Shown one piece after another: positions 38,600 through 52,786 of a stretch of 64,000 bases of DNA. The notes under the pieces are model-generated. The model saw only the letters and a list, made by a program, of their open reading frames with translations. It was not told the origin of the DNA and searched no databases. A program made the position numbers and the translations under genes. Within the stretch, counting starts at the first letter, position 1. The number at the start of each line of letters is the position of its first letter. Location of the stretch: NCBI GenBank assembly GCA_951406725.2, contig OX597830.1:18290001-18354000 (forward strand). Reading direction: 5' to 3'. Origin of the DNA: Octopus vulgaris (Eukaryota).

Positions 38600-38825
38600 A
38601 CTTGTACATTTCCCAAAGTGTATGTACTTGTACGGTAAACATTGCCAGTTAAGGTAGCATCTGGTGAGAGATCTCTCAACAAATTAAAGCTTGAGAACTT
38701 CTTGAGGAGCACAATGACACAGAAATGACTGAATGCCACAGATGTCCTTAGCATTGAGAGGAAGCTTATGATGAGAACCGACTCCAGTAAAATCATGAAA
38801 ACATTTGCTTAAAAACAGAGCATAT
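38600..38825 (+). pseudogene. hAT transposase C-terminal dimerization domain remnant
   Basis: FPKVYVLVR-TLPVKVASGERSLNKLKL/NFLRSTMTQK-LNATDVLSIE, cf. TLPVTVASGERSFSKLKLIKNYLRSTM; stops and a frameshift. Confidence 0.85.
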
Positions 38826-39936
38826 AAAACTTGTTTCATTTAATTATGAGAATTCTCAATTCTGCATTACTGAACACTTTGACTATATGTTTATATTTTC
38901 AAAAATTCTCCAATTAATTGAACAGATGTTAACATTTTTTTTCTTCTTCTCAAAATAACATTGTTGATTGTTGAAGGCCTTCTTAGTCTATATAGAAAAT
39001 TTCACAACTGAAATGGGTTCTGGATATCCTAGAGTTTATTGTCTAAATTAAAACTGGAAAATAAAGCATCTAATTATTCCACATGTGTGAATTAATTTTA
39101 TCAACATAGTCATAATTTTAAAAATGTATCAGTGTGTAATTTCATTAAAAAAATATGTATTATTAAGAAAATTATGAGAAAATGTGTGCATGAATCTACA
39201 CATGCACAATAATCTGACACTTTATTTTGTATTATTTATTTCAAACTATAAACTTTGGTTTATCCGTGGCTCTTTAAGCCATATTGCTACAGACTGTTAA
39301 AAAGCACAGGACTTCCTTGAAATTAAATTTTGCACCTCCTCCCCATTAACCCTTTTGCTACCATATTTCCCTTGAATTACTCTATTTTAGTTTCAATAGA
39401 TTTTGAAAAGAATGAAGAATTAATAAAAATAATTTTATTGTTAAACTTGGGGGTTTGGAACATTAATTAGAGAAAGTTATAATTTCAATTACTTTAAAAG
39501 TAGAAGAACCAGTTACGCACTGGGGTCGATGTAATCGACTTAATCTCATTGTCTGTTCTTGCTTGTCCCCTCTATGTTTAGTCCCTTATGGGTAGTAAAA
39601 AAAATATATATATATAGAACTCTGTTTGTCTGTCTGTCTTTACATACACATGTACATATAGAACCCTATATATATATAATCTGTATTTGCTTTAACTTTC
39701 AACTCTACATTTTCTTTTCTGCTATTAAGCAAATATGGATTATATGCATAATATACACCTACTGATTTAGGCATATTTTATTTCCCAAAAACATATTTGG
39801 TATTGAACCAGTGTTTTCTTGAATGTAATCATCCCTTTATGAGGATAATATATCTATTTAACACACATATATACATCCAGTATATACAAACGTACACACA
39901 TACATACACACATACATACATACATACATACATACA

Positions 39937-39972
<36 letters not shown>

Positions 39973-40104
39973 TATATACATGCACATACATATAGAACCC
40001 TATATATATATATATATAGATAGATATATACGTATATATACAAGCACTTACATGTAAAAAGTTTTATACTCACTTATTCAACATTACACAATATTTTATT
40101 TTAA

Positions 40105-40322
40105 CCCTTTTCTATACTTCTGTTGAAATACACCACTTTTACTTCAAATTATTTAAAAAATAATGAAAAGAAAATTAGTAAAATAACTTTGTAATTATTA
40201 AGCTGGTGCTTGAAACAAATTAACATGAAATTTCAATGGAAGTTTTTAATTAAGATCACTTTATAATATGAAGTTTGTTTCATTGGATCAGGGGCAATCC
40301 CAGCAGGTTAGTGTCAAAAGGG
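40105..40322. mobile_element. piggyBac-type MITE (older; truncated relative at 39350-39500)
   Basis: TTAA-CCCTTTT ... AAAAGGG-TTAA. Confidence 0.8.
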
Positions 40323-40329
40323 TTAACTA

Positions 40330-40865
40330 TAGGTGCAGGAGTGGCTGTGTGGTAAGTAGCTTGCTTACCAACCACATGGTTCCAGGTTCAGTCCCACTGT
40401 GTGGCACCTTGGGCAAGTGTCTTCTACTATAGCCTCGGGCTGACCAAAGCCTTGTGAGTGGATTTGGTAGACAGAAACTTGAAAGAAGCCTGTCGTATAT
40501 ATGTGTGTATATATATATATATATATAAAATTTAGAAGATTGACCACTAAAAGTGGACAGCCTGTATGCTAGATATAGACGTCAAAATCGCCATTTTCCA
40601 CGGAGAATGTGTTTCTACCCTTATTTAATTTTATATATATATATGTGTGTGTATATGTTTGTGTGTCTGTGTTTATCCCGCTCAACATCGCTTGACAACC
40701 GATGCTGGTATGTTTACGTCCCCGTAACTTAGCGGTTCAGCAAAAGTTAGAATAAGTACTAGGCTTACAAAGAATAAGTCCTGGGGGTCGATTTGCTCGA
40801 CGAAAAGGTGGTGCTCCAGCATGGCCACAGTCAAATGACTGAAACAAGTAAAATAGTAAAAGAGC
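40330..40865 (+). mobile_element. SINE family A with a ~105-bp insert in its (TA)n
   Basis: Halves flank the non-SINE block 40527-40632. Confidence 0.9.
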
Positions 40866-42130
40866 AAGAACTTCGATAAAAAGCAATAACAAAAAGAAAT
40901 AAATATAAACATGATGAAAAAAATACATGAAAATCAGTAAATGGTAGCTTTTGCAAATTATGTAGAAAATGGAATAATGTTAATAATTTTAGCGTGAAGA
41001 ATGTTTACAGTTTTCACTGATGGCAATGGTGGTGGCTGTGTTGATGGGGTTCTTTGAGAGAACCTGATTCCTCCATTTTATTTTCTTCTATTCATTGATA
41101 TCTTCTGTTATCTTAGCTGCCCTACTACTTCATATAAATTTTTAACATGTGTAGAACCAGTACATTTTCGAATTTATGTCCAGGTTCATGGACTTAGCTC
41201 CTGCAAATTCTTAGTTACCACAGCTTATATCTTTTTCTGTGGTATGTTGTGTATGTGTGCACATATGTGTGTGTATGTCTACGTGTGATTCTGAGTGTAT
41301 GTATATGTATATATATATTCGAGTGTGTTAATGTAAAGTATTACTTCATTCAGTTCTTTAGTCTACAGTCTATCCATTAGTATACAAAATAATACTATAA
41401 TTAGTTTATAAAATATATGCGAGTTTATATACAAAGAGGATAGGTGAATTCGGTTGTTTTGGAACAAAGGCTATCCTTATCGTATTTTGCAGAATTTCAT
41501 TAGCCATTTTAATTTTTTTTCTTTTTGGCAAAAACTGCAGATTACCAATAGATTTCTCAAATTCTAGATTTTTCTTCTTTTTTTTTTTTTTGGTTCTTTG
41601 CTTCCTTGTCTAGCAATAGCCGGCATCTCACTACACCCTTCATATTAATTTACAGACATCCATGCAGTCTATGGCCCATTGATATGTGTGTAGGAGGATA
41701 AGGGGTGGAAAGTGTGGGAGTACATGGGGTGAATGTGGTAATCTAATAACTTAGTCAGCCTCTACTGCTATTTCTTAGAATAGGAGCCAATGAAGCAGCT
41801 TCCATGTGGTCACTTGACCTGGTAGAAATAGCAGCCAAATATCTTTCAAATCAGATGCTACCTTATTTAAAAAAAAAAAACAACAAAAAATTGCAGGACA
41901 CATTGGATAGTGTTATCTGGGGTAAACTAAATTATGTGTAAAAAAAAGTTAGGATGGCCATGGTCAGAATGCTTTTGGTCAAATGTATTCCAAATCAGTG
42001 CTGAACTGGTGTTAAATGACAACAGCAATAACATGTAAAAAAAAACCAAAAAAAACATGTATAGAAAGAAAAGTCCACTATATTTCACGGACAGACCATC
42101 CACCTGTCAGTATTGTTGATGTTGCTGTTG

Positions 42131-42447
42131 AGCGGTACGGACCGTGGTCCTTTGCTATTCGTAAGACCCGCAGAAGAGAAAGCAGGTCAACCCCCGACAC
42201 CAAGAGCATCGACAGATGGATGAATGCGCATCCAGGCTCAGCGGTTGCGTAGGAAGTCGGGGAGAAGAAACAGGAAGAAAGAGTGAGAGAAAGTTGGAGC
42301 GGGGTCGTCTCCACCCCCTGCCGGAGCCTTGTGGGGCTTTAGGTGTTTTCGCTCATTAAACACACACAACGCCCCGTCTGGGAATCGAAACCGCGATCCT
42401 CCGACCGCGAGTCCGCTGCCCTAACCACTGGGCCATTGCACCTCCAC
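42131..42447 (-). mobile_element. SINE family C with an alternative 3' tail and 14-bp TSD
   Basis: TSD TGATGTTGCTGTTG at 42117-42130 and 42448-42461. Confidence 0.92.
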
Positions 42448-42819
42448 TGATGTTGCTGTTGTTAACGTTGCTTAAATTCTTTATTCCATGAAGAACTTCT
42501 TAGTTATTATTTGTTTATCAGTAAAGTAATTTGATTTCACTAATGTTGTTTGCTTCAGCTGGTATTGTTGTTGTGGTGAAGGTGCATAACTTAATGGTCG
42601 GGGTATTTGCCTCATGGTTGTAAGGTCATGAGTTTGATACCTGGCTCCTGTTGTGTCCTTGAGCAACACTTTATTTCATGTTGCTTCAGTTCACTCAGCT
42701 AGCAAAGACGAGTTGTACTTGCTTTGTCACATTGTGTGTCACACTGAATCGCCCTGAGAATTAAGTTAAAGGATACATGTGTCTGTGGAGTGCACAGTTA
42801 CTCGCATGTTAATTTCATG

Positions 42820-43211
42820 GTGCAGGAGTGGCTATGTGGTAAGTAGCTTGCCTACCAACCACATAGTTCCGGGTTCAGTCCCACTGCATGGCACCTTGGG
42901 CAAGTGTCTTCTACTATAGCCTCGGGCCGACCAAAGCCTTGTGAGTAGATTTGGTAGACGGAAACTGAAAAGAAGCCTGTCGTATATATGCATATATATA
43001 TATATATGTGTGTGTGTGTGTTTGTCCCCCACCAACATCACTTGACAAAGGATGCTGGTGTGTTTACGTCCCCGTAACTTAGCGATTCAGCAAAAGTGAC
43101 TGATAGAATAAGTACTAGGCTTACAAAGAATAAATCCTGGAGTCGATTTGCTTGACTAAAGGCGATGCTCCAGCATGGCCGCAGTCAAATGACTGAAACA
43201 AGTAAAAGAGT
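42820..43211 (+). mobile_element. SINE family A, full length
   Basis: Complete match. Confidence 0.93.
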
Positions 43212-44069
43212 CTCTTCCATTAAGTAGATCAACTGGAACCCATGTTGTAACCGACAGAGTGACAGTTATTGTTGTTATGAAGGCATGTGGCCTAGTAGGG
43301 TGTTACCCTCTTAATCCTAAGATCATGGATTCATTTCCTGGACTGGGTGGTGTGTTCTTGTATCACTTAGGCATTTCATTTCATGCACCTCCAATTTACT
43401 CACCTGTAAAAGAGTACCAGCTGAGTGCTAGCTTAGTCCTTTCTCGCTCTTTCTGTCACATCCTGGAAGTGCCACTGGATCACAACTTGATGAGTCAAGA
43501 AGGTATCTGTGTCTGCTCATGATTATACAGGCTCCTAAAACAATTAGTGAAAGCATGGTACATGCTATCAGGTCATGCTCACTTGTGAATGATGTTTATG
43601 ATGGTTGTTGTGGTTTTTGCTAGTTTAGGTAAACTCTGATGAAAGTGATTTATGTTCAAAAGAATGGCCTTCTGGTGTTGAAACATGGTATACATGGAAC
43701 TACATTATCAAATGATTCCATCAGCTATCTTCAGATAGATTTGGTTAATATTTTTAACATGTCAAGCCAAGGCACTGTGTACAAGTCAGATACAGCCAGA
43801 TGTTAATTTGTAATGGAAATATTTACCCAATATGTATATATTATATATCATCATCACCACCACCACCATTATCATCATCATCACTACCACCACCACCACA
43901 ACCACCACCATTATCATCAACAGATTTAAATTCAAATCACTTTAAAACAGAGAGTTTATTATTATTATTATTATTATTATCATTATTATTATCAACAGAT
44001 TTAAATTCAAATCACTTTAAAACAGTTTATTATTATTATTATTATTTATTATTATTATTATTATTATTG

Positions 44070-44370
44070 AGTGAGAGAGCAGTGCATGCCATCAAAGTGA
44101 CACTGGGGTAAAATATACGAAGCCCAGTATACCCATCATGACTACCCATCTGATAAGGGTACACCAGGCACATGCATCACAACCACATGTGCGCGACATG
44201 GTGATCTCATATCAAAATAAATAGCACATGACCTTGCAGGTGGGGTCAAAGTTAGAATTTTCTTCAGATTGAGTAACCCATCCTGCTCAAAAGATCCCTG
44301 AATGAGGATTGTTTAAGGATGTTGAATGAAACACCCATGTTTCCAGAGGTAAATTATTCCAGAGGTAAAT
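44070..44370 (-). mobile_element. Retroelement 3' fragment embedded in (TAA)n, possibly R4/Dong-like
   Basis: ~300-bp block bounded by (TTA)n on both sides; family inferred only from target type. Confidence 0.4.
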
Positions 44371-44381
44371 TATTATTATTA

Positions 44382-44419
<38 letters not shown>

Positions 44420-44979
44420 GTTATTATTATTTTACCTGTGTTTGTTTTGATATTGGTTTCAAATTTTGGCACAGAGGGGGTAAGTCGATTACATGACCCC
44501 AGTGTTCAACAGTTACTTATTTTATCAACTCACAAAGGATGAAAGGCAAAGTCGACCTTGGCAGAATTTCAACTCAGAATGTAAGACCGAAATGCCACTA
44601 AGCATTTTGCCGCTGAGCATTTTGTGCTAACAATTCTACCAGCTCACTGACTTTGTGTTTGTTTTCATATTAAGATAGAGAAAAACAAAATCGATTTTGT
44701 AAAAAATTTTGGAAAATGAGTTTGCACTGAATTCATTCCTGCCCTTAGGTCTGCCACATATGAAATCCTTCTGTGTCAGACTGCCTGTGATCCAGCTGCG
44801 TCATTTGAGCACAAATACTTTACACTGTAGCTGAATTGAATTTGTACATTCAACCCAGATGGGTTTTGTGGGGCCTTAGAACTCAAAGGTTATTTTAGAG
44901 CAAAGATGGCAATAAATATTTTTTTATCAAACTTTTGTTCCTTTTTCCTGCTCTCTCTATATACACGTGTGTTTATGCT

Positions 44980-45015
<36 letters not shown>

Positions 45016-45089
45016 TTGTTTGTGTGTAGTCTTGCAATATACCATTGAATAATATAGTGGATAAATGGGACATAATATATAAGTATACA

Positions 45090-45749
<660 letters not shown>

Positions 45750-46083
45750 CAATAAGAAAATGGAGGGGATCAAGAGGTGATATTCATCAACTTTTAGACA
45801 TTATATTATGTCTATTTATTTATTTTTTAAAAAACTATTATAACAATATACATACATGTATAACATATGCTTTACATATGATATAATATATAAAAATATA
45901 TATATAAACATATTATCACAATACTATAAAGCATATATACACATATATATTACTGTGAAATTATAAGATGTTTATAATGCAATAAGACAATAACTAAGGT
46001 CATATATGCTTAATGCCATTGACAGATTTGTGGTACACATGTACACACACTTCCCATCCCATACACATACCATAATTCATTTT

Positions 46084-46114
<31 letters not shown>

Positions 46115-46116
<2 letters not shown>

Positions 46117-46533
46117 TCTTTACTCTCTTTACTCTTTTACTTGTTTCAGTCATTTGACTGCGGCCATGCTGGAGCACCGCCTTTAGTCGAGCAAATCGAC
46201 CCCCGGGACTTATTCTTTTGTAAGCACAGTACTTATTCTATCGGTCTCTTTTGCCGAACCGCTAAGTAACGGGGACGTAAACACACCAGCATCGGTTGTC
46301 AGGCAATGCTAGGGGGACAAACACAAACACATACAAACACACACATATATATATATATATACATATATACGACAGGCTTCTTTCAGTTTCCGTCTACCAA
46401 ATCCACTCACAAGGCATTGGTCGGCCCGGGGCTATAGCAGAAGACACTTGCCCAAGATGCCACGCAGTGGGACTGAACCCGGAACCATGTGGTTGGTTAG
46501 CAAGCTACTTACCACACAGCCACTCCTGCGCCT
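46115..46533 (-). mobile_element. SINE family A, full length, near consensus
   Basis: Complete match with CpGs retained. Confidence 0.94.
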
Positions 46534-46759
46534 ATATATATATATATATATATATATTGTACTTCATTTTGCTATTAAAAAAAGAAAAACAGTTTTTAAG
46601 CAAAAAGCAGTAATTTCACTTGGGTTTCTTCACCTTGAGGTTAGAATATTACATCAATTTGGAGACAATTATTCTTTTATTAAATATATTTAAAAAAGCC
46701 ACATATATTTTTATTATTACACCAGTTATTTATTTGTTCTGTTAAGAATTTTTATTCAA

Positions 46760-47260
46760 AACATAAGTATGTATCAATGCCAACTTGTTTAGCAAGTGTA
46801 AGATTGGTGGAATTGAGAGCTTCCTTATGCAATCGTAATTGCACTGGGCTGGCCATGGGTAATGAAAGAATACCCGAAGTCCTCATGTACAGCCAGCTTG
46901 ATAATGGGCACAGGAATGTTGGTTGACTGTGGCTAAGATATAACGACAAGCTGAAAAGTAACCTCTTAGAAATGAAGATAACTCACAACATCTTTGAGTG
47001 AACAGCTTTGGAACAAACAAAATGGAGATTGTTGTGTCAAAATGGTATTAAAAGTTTTGTTGCAACCAGCATTAACAAGCTTTGGGGTGCAAAGCAAGAG
47101 AGAAAAACGGCTGTAAATATACTAGCTGCACTGACTAGTAATCCTCATACTTGCAACATCTTTGGCTTTCTTTGCAAATTGTTGGCGGGACCTAAATGTC
47201 ACATTCTTGTAGAAATATTCTTAACTAGTCCCCATATAATCGAGGGTGGATATTGGATGC
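46760..47260 (+). mobile_element. Degenerate RTE LINE 3' fragment
   Basis: LHWAGH, ERIPEVLMYSQLDNGHRNVG-LWLRYNDKLKSNL, EQTKWRLLCQNGIKSF, decayed zinc finger. Confidence 0.8.
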
Positions 47261-47266
47261 TACGTT

Positions 47267-47297
<31 letters not shown>

Positions 47298-47977
47298 AGC
47301 TTCTTTCAGTTTCCATCTACCAAACCCACTCACAAGGCTTTGGTTGACCTGAAGCTATAGCAGAAGACAATTGCCCAAAGTGCCACACAGTGGGACCGAA
47401 CCCAGAAGCATGTCATTGGGAAGCTAGCTTCTTATCATACATCCACACCTGTGCCTATCCCATAATGACCACATTTTTTTTTTTACTTGAAAGGTTGGTG
47501 GATGTAGTCATTTCATGACACCCAAATATGATTCATCATCATCATTTAACGTCCATTTCCATGCTGGCATGGGTTGAATGGTTTGACAGGAGCAAGTAAG
47601 GTCAGGGGCTGCATCAGGTTCAATTGCCTGTCTGGCTTGGTTTCTACAGCTAGATGCCCTTCATAATGCCAGCAATTTTACAGAGAATACTAGGTGCTTT
47701 TTACATAGCACCACTGTCTTTCACATGGGACCAGCACCAGTGCTTTTTACATAGTACTATCACCAGTATTTTTTATGTGGCCACCAGCACCGGTATTGCC
47801 AGCTTTATTATAACCACCACCATTATCACTACAACCATCACCACCATTATCACCAGCACCATCATCATGATGATTTAACATTCACTTTTCCAAACTTGCA
47901 TGGGTCAGACAGAATTCATTACACATAATGTGGTCCCACACAACTTTCATCTCTGTAATTCTACTCACATGGTAGAT

Positions 47978-48197
47978 AAGGCGGTGAGCTGGTAGATACC
48001 TTAGCACACCGGGTGAAATGCTCAGCGGTATTTCGTCTGCGGTTACATTCTGAGTTCAAATTCCGCCGAGGTCGACTTTGCCTTTCATCCTTTCGGGGTC
48101 GATTAAATAAGTACTAGTTACGCACTGGGGTCGATATAATCGACTTTATTCGTTTGTCTGTCCTTGTTTGTCTTCTTGTGGGTAGTAAAGAAATAGG
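47978..48197 (+). mobile_element. SINE family B
   Basis: Head AAGGCGGTGAGCTGG through GTAAAGAAATAGG. Confidence 0.9.
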
Positions 48198-48433
48198 TAT
48201 TATTTTAATGAAGGACATGTTAGAAGACAGACATTTGTCTTCCAAGATGCTGCATAGGAGGGCTGAACTGAGAACCATCTGGTTGAGAAGCAAACTTAAC
48301 CCAAGACATATGAGTTGGTTGCAATTCTGAAATAAAACCATATCACAGACTCAGCTCATTGGGTTCTTATCACTTGTTCCACAATGCCCCCCTCCTACAC
48401 CATTGTACTCTCTCTCTCTCTCTCTCTCTCCCT

Positions 48434-48469
<36 letters not shown>

Positions 48470-49285
48470 CTTCCCCACTTCTCATTTCAAGATTGACAGC
48501 ACCAAATGTCAGGGTGGATGAAATTTGTAAGGAATTTATTTGCTCTACATAAGTGATTCTTCAAACCTTACTGTATATTTGTTTATCTAAATGTTTATTT
48601 ATACATTTTTACTTATTTGTTTTCACTTTATTTATTTATTTATTTATTTTTTGGTTAACAAGACAGATTGAAGGAGACTTTTCAGAAATCTGAGTGAAGC
48701 ATTCAGTACTAAACTATCATATTGATACGCTAGTACTGAATAAACACACACACACACAACTATACATGCACATAGGATGGGTGTAATGGATTGTATTCCT
48801 CTGTCCACTTTGATTCATCTACAGGAGTGGCTAAATGGTTTTGAAAACTCTAAAGTAACAGGCTCCTGGAGTGGTCTAAATAAACTAATATATCACCATT
48901 GACATCATTGTTTTTCATATCCACTTTCCCATGCTCTGCATAGATTAGACAGAATTTGTTGAGGCAGATATTCTACAACTGGATGCTCTTCCTGTCACCA
49001 ACTTTCACCTGCTTCTAAGTAAAGTAGTATTTCCCCATGGCCAGACATGTAGTCAGTCGTGGAAGATTGGAAAGAAAGAAAGGATACCGCTTGCATCATA
49101 GTGACACTTGTGTACAACTATCACAAAATGTCAAGGCAACGAGACAGGCATCTTTTAGTTTCTGTCTACCAAATCCACTAAGAAAGAATATAGGAGAAAG
49201 CACTTACCCAAGGTGTCACACATGGTATGGTATTGAACTTGGAACCATGGGCTTGAGAAGCAGACTTATTACAGAACCACAAATA

Positions 49286-49625
49286 TTGGGTTGTCCGGAA
49301 AGTTCGTGCTGATTTTTAAAGGAAAGAAAAAGGTCAATAAATACTTGCCATTACATTTTTCATCAACCAAATATGAACCATTTTGTTGCACAATGCATCT
49401 CCATCTTTCCTTTTATTTGAAAATACCCTCTTCCCAGAATTGAGGTGGTTTCATGACAAAGAATTCATCAAGGTATCTTTTTATGTCATCCAAGGAATTG
49501 AAATTTTTACTATTAAGACTATTCTGCGGAGACCTGAATAAGTGAAAATCCGAAGGAGCAATATCTGTTGAATATGGATGGTGGGGTAACACATCCCAGC
49601 CGAGCTGCAGCAATTTTTGTCTTTT
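49286..49625 (-). mobile_element. Mariner 3' fragment with one TIR
   Basis: QKLLQLGWDVLPHHPYSTDIAPSDFHLFRS (HPPYSPDLAPSD motif); TA-TTGGGTTGTCCGGAAAGTTCG terminus. Confidence 0.92.
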
Positions 49626-49904
49626 TCGCAAAGCATCAATGACCTGCAAAAATGATTTGTTTATAGTGGTCAAATGTCCATGCCACACATTAGCTCACTC
49701 TCTCCATTAAGTTGTCTGAACAGATGCACGGTGTACCAGGCATCGATGTGATCACAGAGCAATGTCATATGAAGTACTTTTCTCAAGGACACAATGCACA
49801 ACCCCGTCTAGGAATTGAAATCATGATCTAGCGGTTGTGAGTGCAACACCCTAACCACTAGGCCATGTGCCTTCATATATGTATGCATGTCCCAGTTTGT
49901 ATTT

Positions 49905-49954
<50 letters not shown>

Positions 49955-49978
49955 TATATATATACACATGCATACATA

Positions 49979-50207
49979 CAGTAATCCCTCGTCATATCAC
50001 GGTTCACCTATTGCACACTCAGTACATCACGGTTCACCTATCGCACACACAGTATATCACGGATTTTTCTGGTTAATATATGTAAATTTAAACTGTGGAC
50101 TTCTCAGTATATCCGGTTTCTGATGGGTATTTATAATTTTTTTAGATTTTAATTATTTCTGTGGGAAGTTTTGGAACATTACATTCCCAATAGTCGAGCG
50201 ATTACTG
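49979..50207. mobile_element. pogo/Tigger-type MITE
   Basis: TA TSD; TIR CAGTAATCCCTCG/CGAGCGATTACTG; internal 30-bp tandem repeat. Confidence 0.88.
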
Positions 50208-50212
50208 TATAT

Positions 50213-50780
50213 ATCATCATCATCATCATCATCATCGTTTAACATCTGCTTTCCATGCTAGCATGGGTTGGACGATTTGACTAAGGACTGGCAAACCACA
50301 TGGCTGCACCAGACTCCAATCTGATCTGGCAGAGTTTCTACAGCTGGATGCCCTTCCTAACGCCAACCACTCCAAGAGTGTAGTGGGTGCTTTTACGTGC
50401 CACCGGCACGAGGGCCAGTCAGGCAGTACTGACAACTACCACGCTCAAATGGTGCTTTTTATGTGCTACCTGCACAGGAGCCAGTCCAGTGGCACTGGCA
50501 ACGACCTCGCTTGAATGTTTTTTCACGTGCTTCCAGCACAAGTGCCAGTAAGGCAATGCAGGTAATGATCACAGTCGAATGGTGCTTTTTACGTGCCACC
50601 GGCATGGAAGCCAGTCAGCAGCTCTGGCAATAATCACACTTGGATGGTGCTCTTAGTGCTCCACTAGCACGGATGCCAGTCATCGAATTTGATTTCGATT
50701 TCACTTGCCTCAACAGGTCTTCGCAAGCAGAGTTTATGTCCAATGAAGGTAAGGTACTCATAAGTGGGCTGGTTACATGT
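50213..50780 (-). mobile_element. Family F element with tandem units and (GAT)n tail
   Basis: Reverse complement of 1817-2514 with about five units and a longer 5' extension. Confidence 0.88.
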
Positions 50781-52786
50781 TTTTTGTCTATCTCCTTAAC
50801 TTCTTGGAGATTTTAGGTATAATTATACTAATATGTCCATCTGTTCTAATTTAGTTAAATTCTATGTCTTTGTGCAGCTGAAGATTGCTCTACATTTTAA
50901 ATTGATGTAATGATTGCATTGTTCAATTAAATGGAGTTGCATGAAACAATCGTACTGCATTACCTCTGGATATCCTTGTTGCTTATTTTGATATATGTAT
51001 AAAAGACAGGAGGTATGAGAGGTGAATATATATGAAAAAATATCTAATTAACCATGAGACACCCTTAGGTTTAGAACCATTTCACAACTTTCTTCGTGTA
51101 GTATTAATTTTAGTGTGAATGAAATTATGCTTACATGTTTGCATTAATATGCATGCTCAGTATTATACAATTAATCGTTGCTGTAACCATGATGTTCTCG
51201 TGATCTGATGAGCTAGCTTTCTTTATTTGCATTAATTTGTGAATATACAATTGTCAATACACTCAAACACATACATGTAACCTATGCAGTAAGTAGATAT
51301 GTAAACCGTACCAATTTATCTGTTTCTCCATTGAAAAACAATTTTCGAAGATTATTAGATTTTTATTAGAGGTGTCTTTATCAAGTTGGCCAATCCCAGA
51401 GAAACAAGCAGACAATCTCTTTATGTACTCAACAAATTTAGTAGCTATTAAAAAGCTTCTTTCAGTATCTGCCCACCAACTCCACTCACAAGGCTTTAGC
51501 CAGGTCAAGAATGTAGTAGAAGACACTTAAGGTACCACACAATGGCACAGAACCCAAAACAATGTGGCTGAGAAGCAAACTTTGTCTTTAATCCTTTCAG
51601 GGTTGATAAAATAAAGTACCAGTTTGAGGTTGATGTAATCAACTTCCATCTCACCTCAGTATTGCTGGATTTGTGCCAAAATTAGAAAGAGGTTATTATA
51701 ATTATTGTTAAGGCAACAGGCTGGCAGAATAGAATCATTAGCATGTTTCTTCAGGTTCTTTATGTTCTGAGTTCAAATCACTTTGCTTTTTACCCTTTTG
51801 GGGTTGATAAAATAAAGTCCCAGTTAAGCACTCAATTTCATGTATTTGACTTGTCCCTCCCTTTGAAATTACTGGCCTTGTGCCAAAATTTGATACCATT
51901 ATTACTAATGGTGGTGGTAGTGTTGATATTTTTTCCCCTTTGAAACTGAAAAACAACCGACAACAACATCAGCAAATAATACATTCCCAATGGACCGATT
52001 GTTTTGGTTACAGAGAACCATTTTCTGTGTCCTTGTCTGACATGGCAGTTTTGATGAACGACTTCTTCAACTGTCATCAGATGGTATATGTCGTACTAAT
52101 TACATACAACTGTAGTAATTCTCACTCCCTACCTTATGAAAGATAGAATCAGTTAAAACTTTTAAACACCTGCACATCGGGTGTTTTTGAAGTCTTTTTT
52201 GTTGTTTGTTTTCTTACTTTTTGTCTCTTGTTAACTCTGTTTTATGGAAAATGGTATATGATGGTTGTTACTAGTCTTCTACTCTGGTGTATGTATGCAG
52301 GTATGTGTGTGTGTGTGTATGTATGTATATATATATATATATATATATAGTGTGTGTGTGTGTGTGTAGGGATGGCTGTGTGGTAAAAATTTTGCTTCTC
52401 AATCACATAGTTCTAAGTTCAGTCCTACTGCATGGCACATTGGGGCAGTGCCTTCTATAATAGCCCCAGGTTGATCAAAGCCTTGTGAGTGGATTTGGTA
52501 CGTGGAAACTGAAAGAAGCTTGTTGTATGTGTGTGTGTGTGCTTATCTTCTACCACCACCTGGCAACCAGTGTTGGTGTGTTTACATCCCTGTAACTTAG
52601 CAGTTTGGCAAAAGAAACCAATAGATCAGGCTTTACAAAAAAGGAAATATTGGGATCAATTCAGTTGGTTAAAATTCCTCAAGGTTGCAAGCCAGCATGG
52701 AAAGAGTCTAATGACAAGTAAAAGATAGAAGAAAGTAGGAATGAACAAACAAGCATACACACATATGATTTTAAAATTTTCTTGAT

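Noticed and set aside
51206-51225. CTGATGA followed by a GCTAGC palindrome
   Set aside because: No GAAA box or stems I/III, so not a hammerhead
52014-52083. Possible 70-nt exon (TTACAG|...ATG|GTATAT; EPFSVSLSDMAVLMNDFFNCHQM)
   Set aside because: Weak donor, modest pyrimidine tract and no recognisable homology; cannot be supported without RNA data
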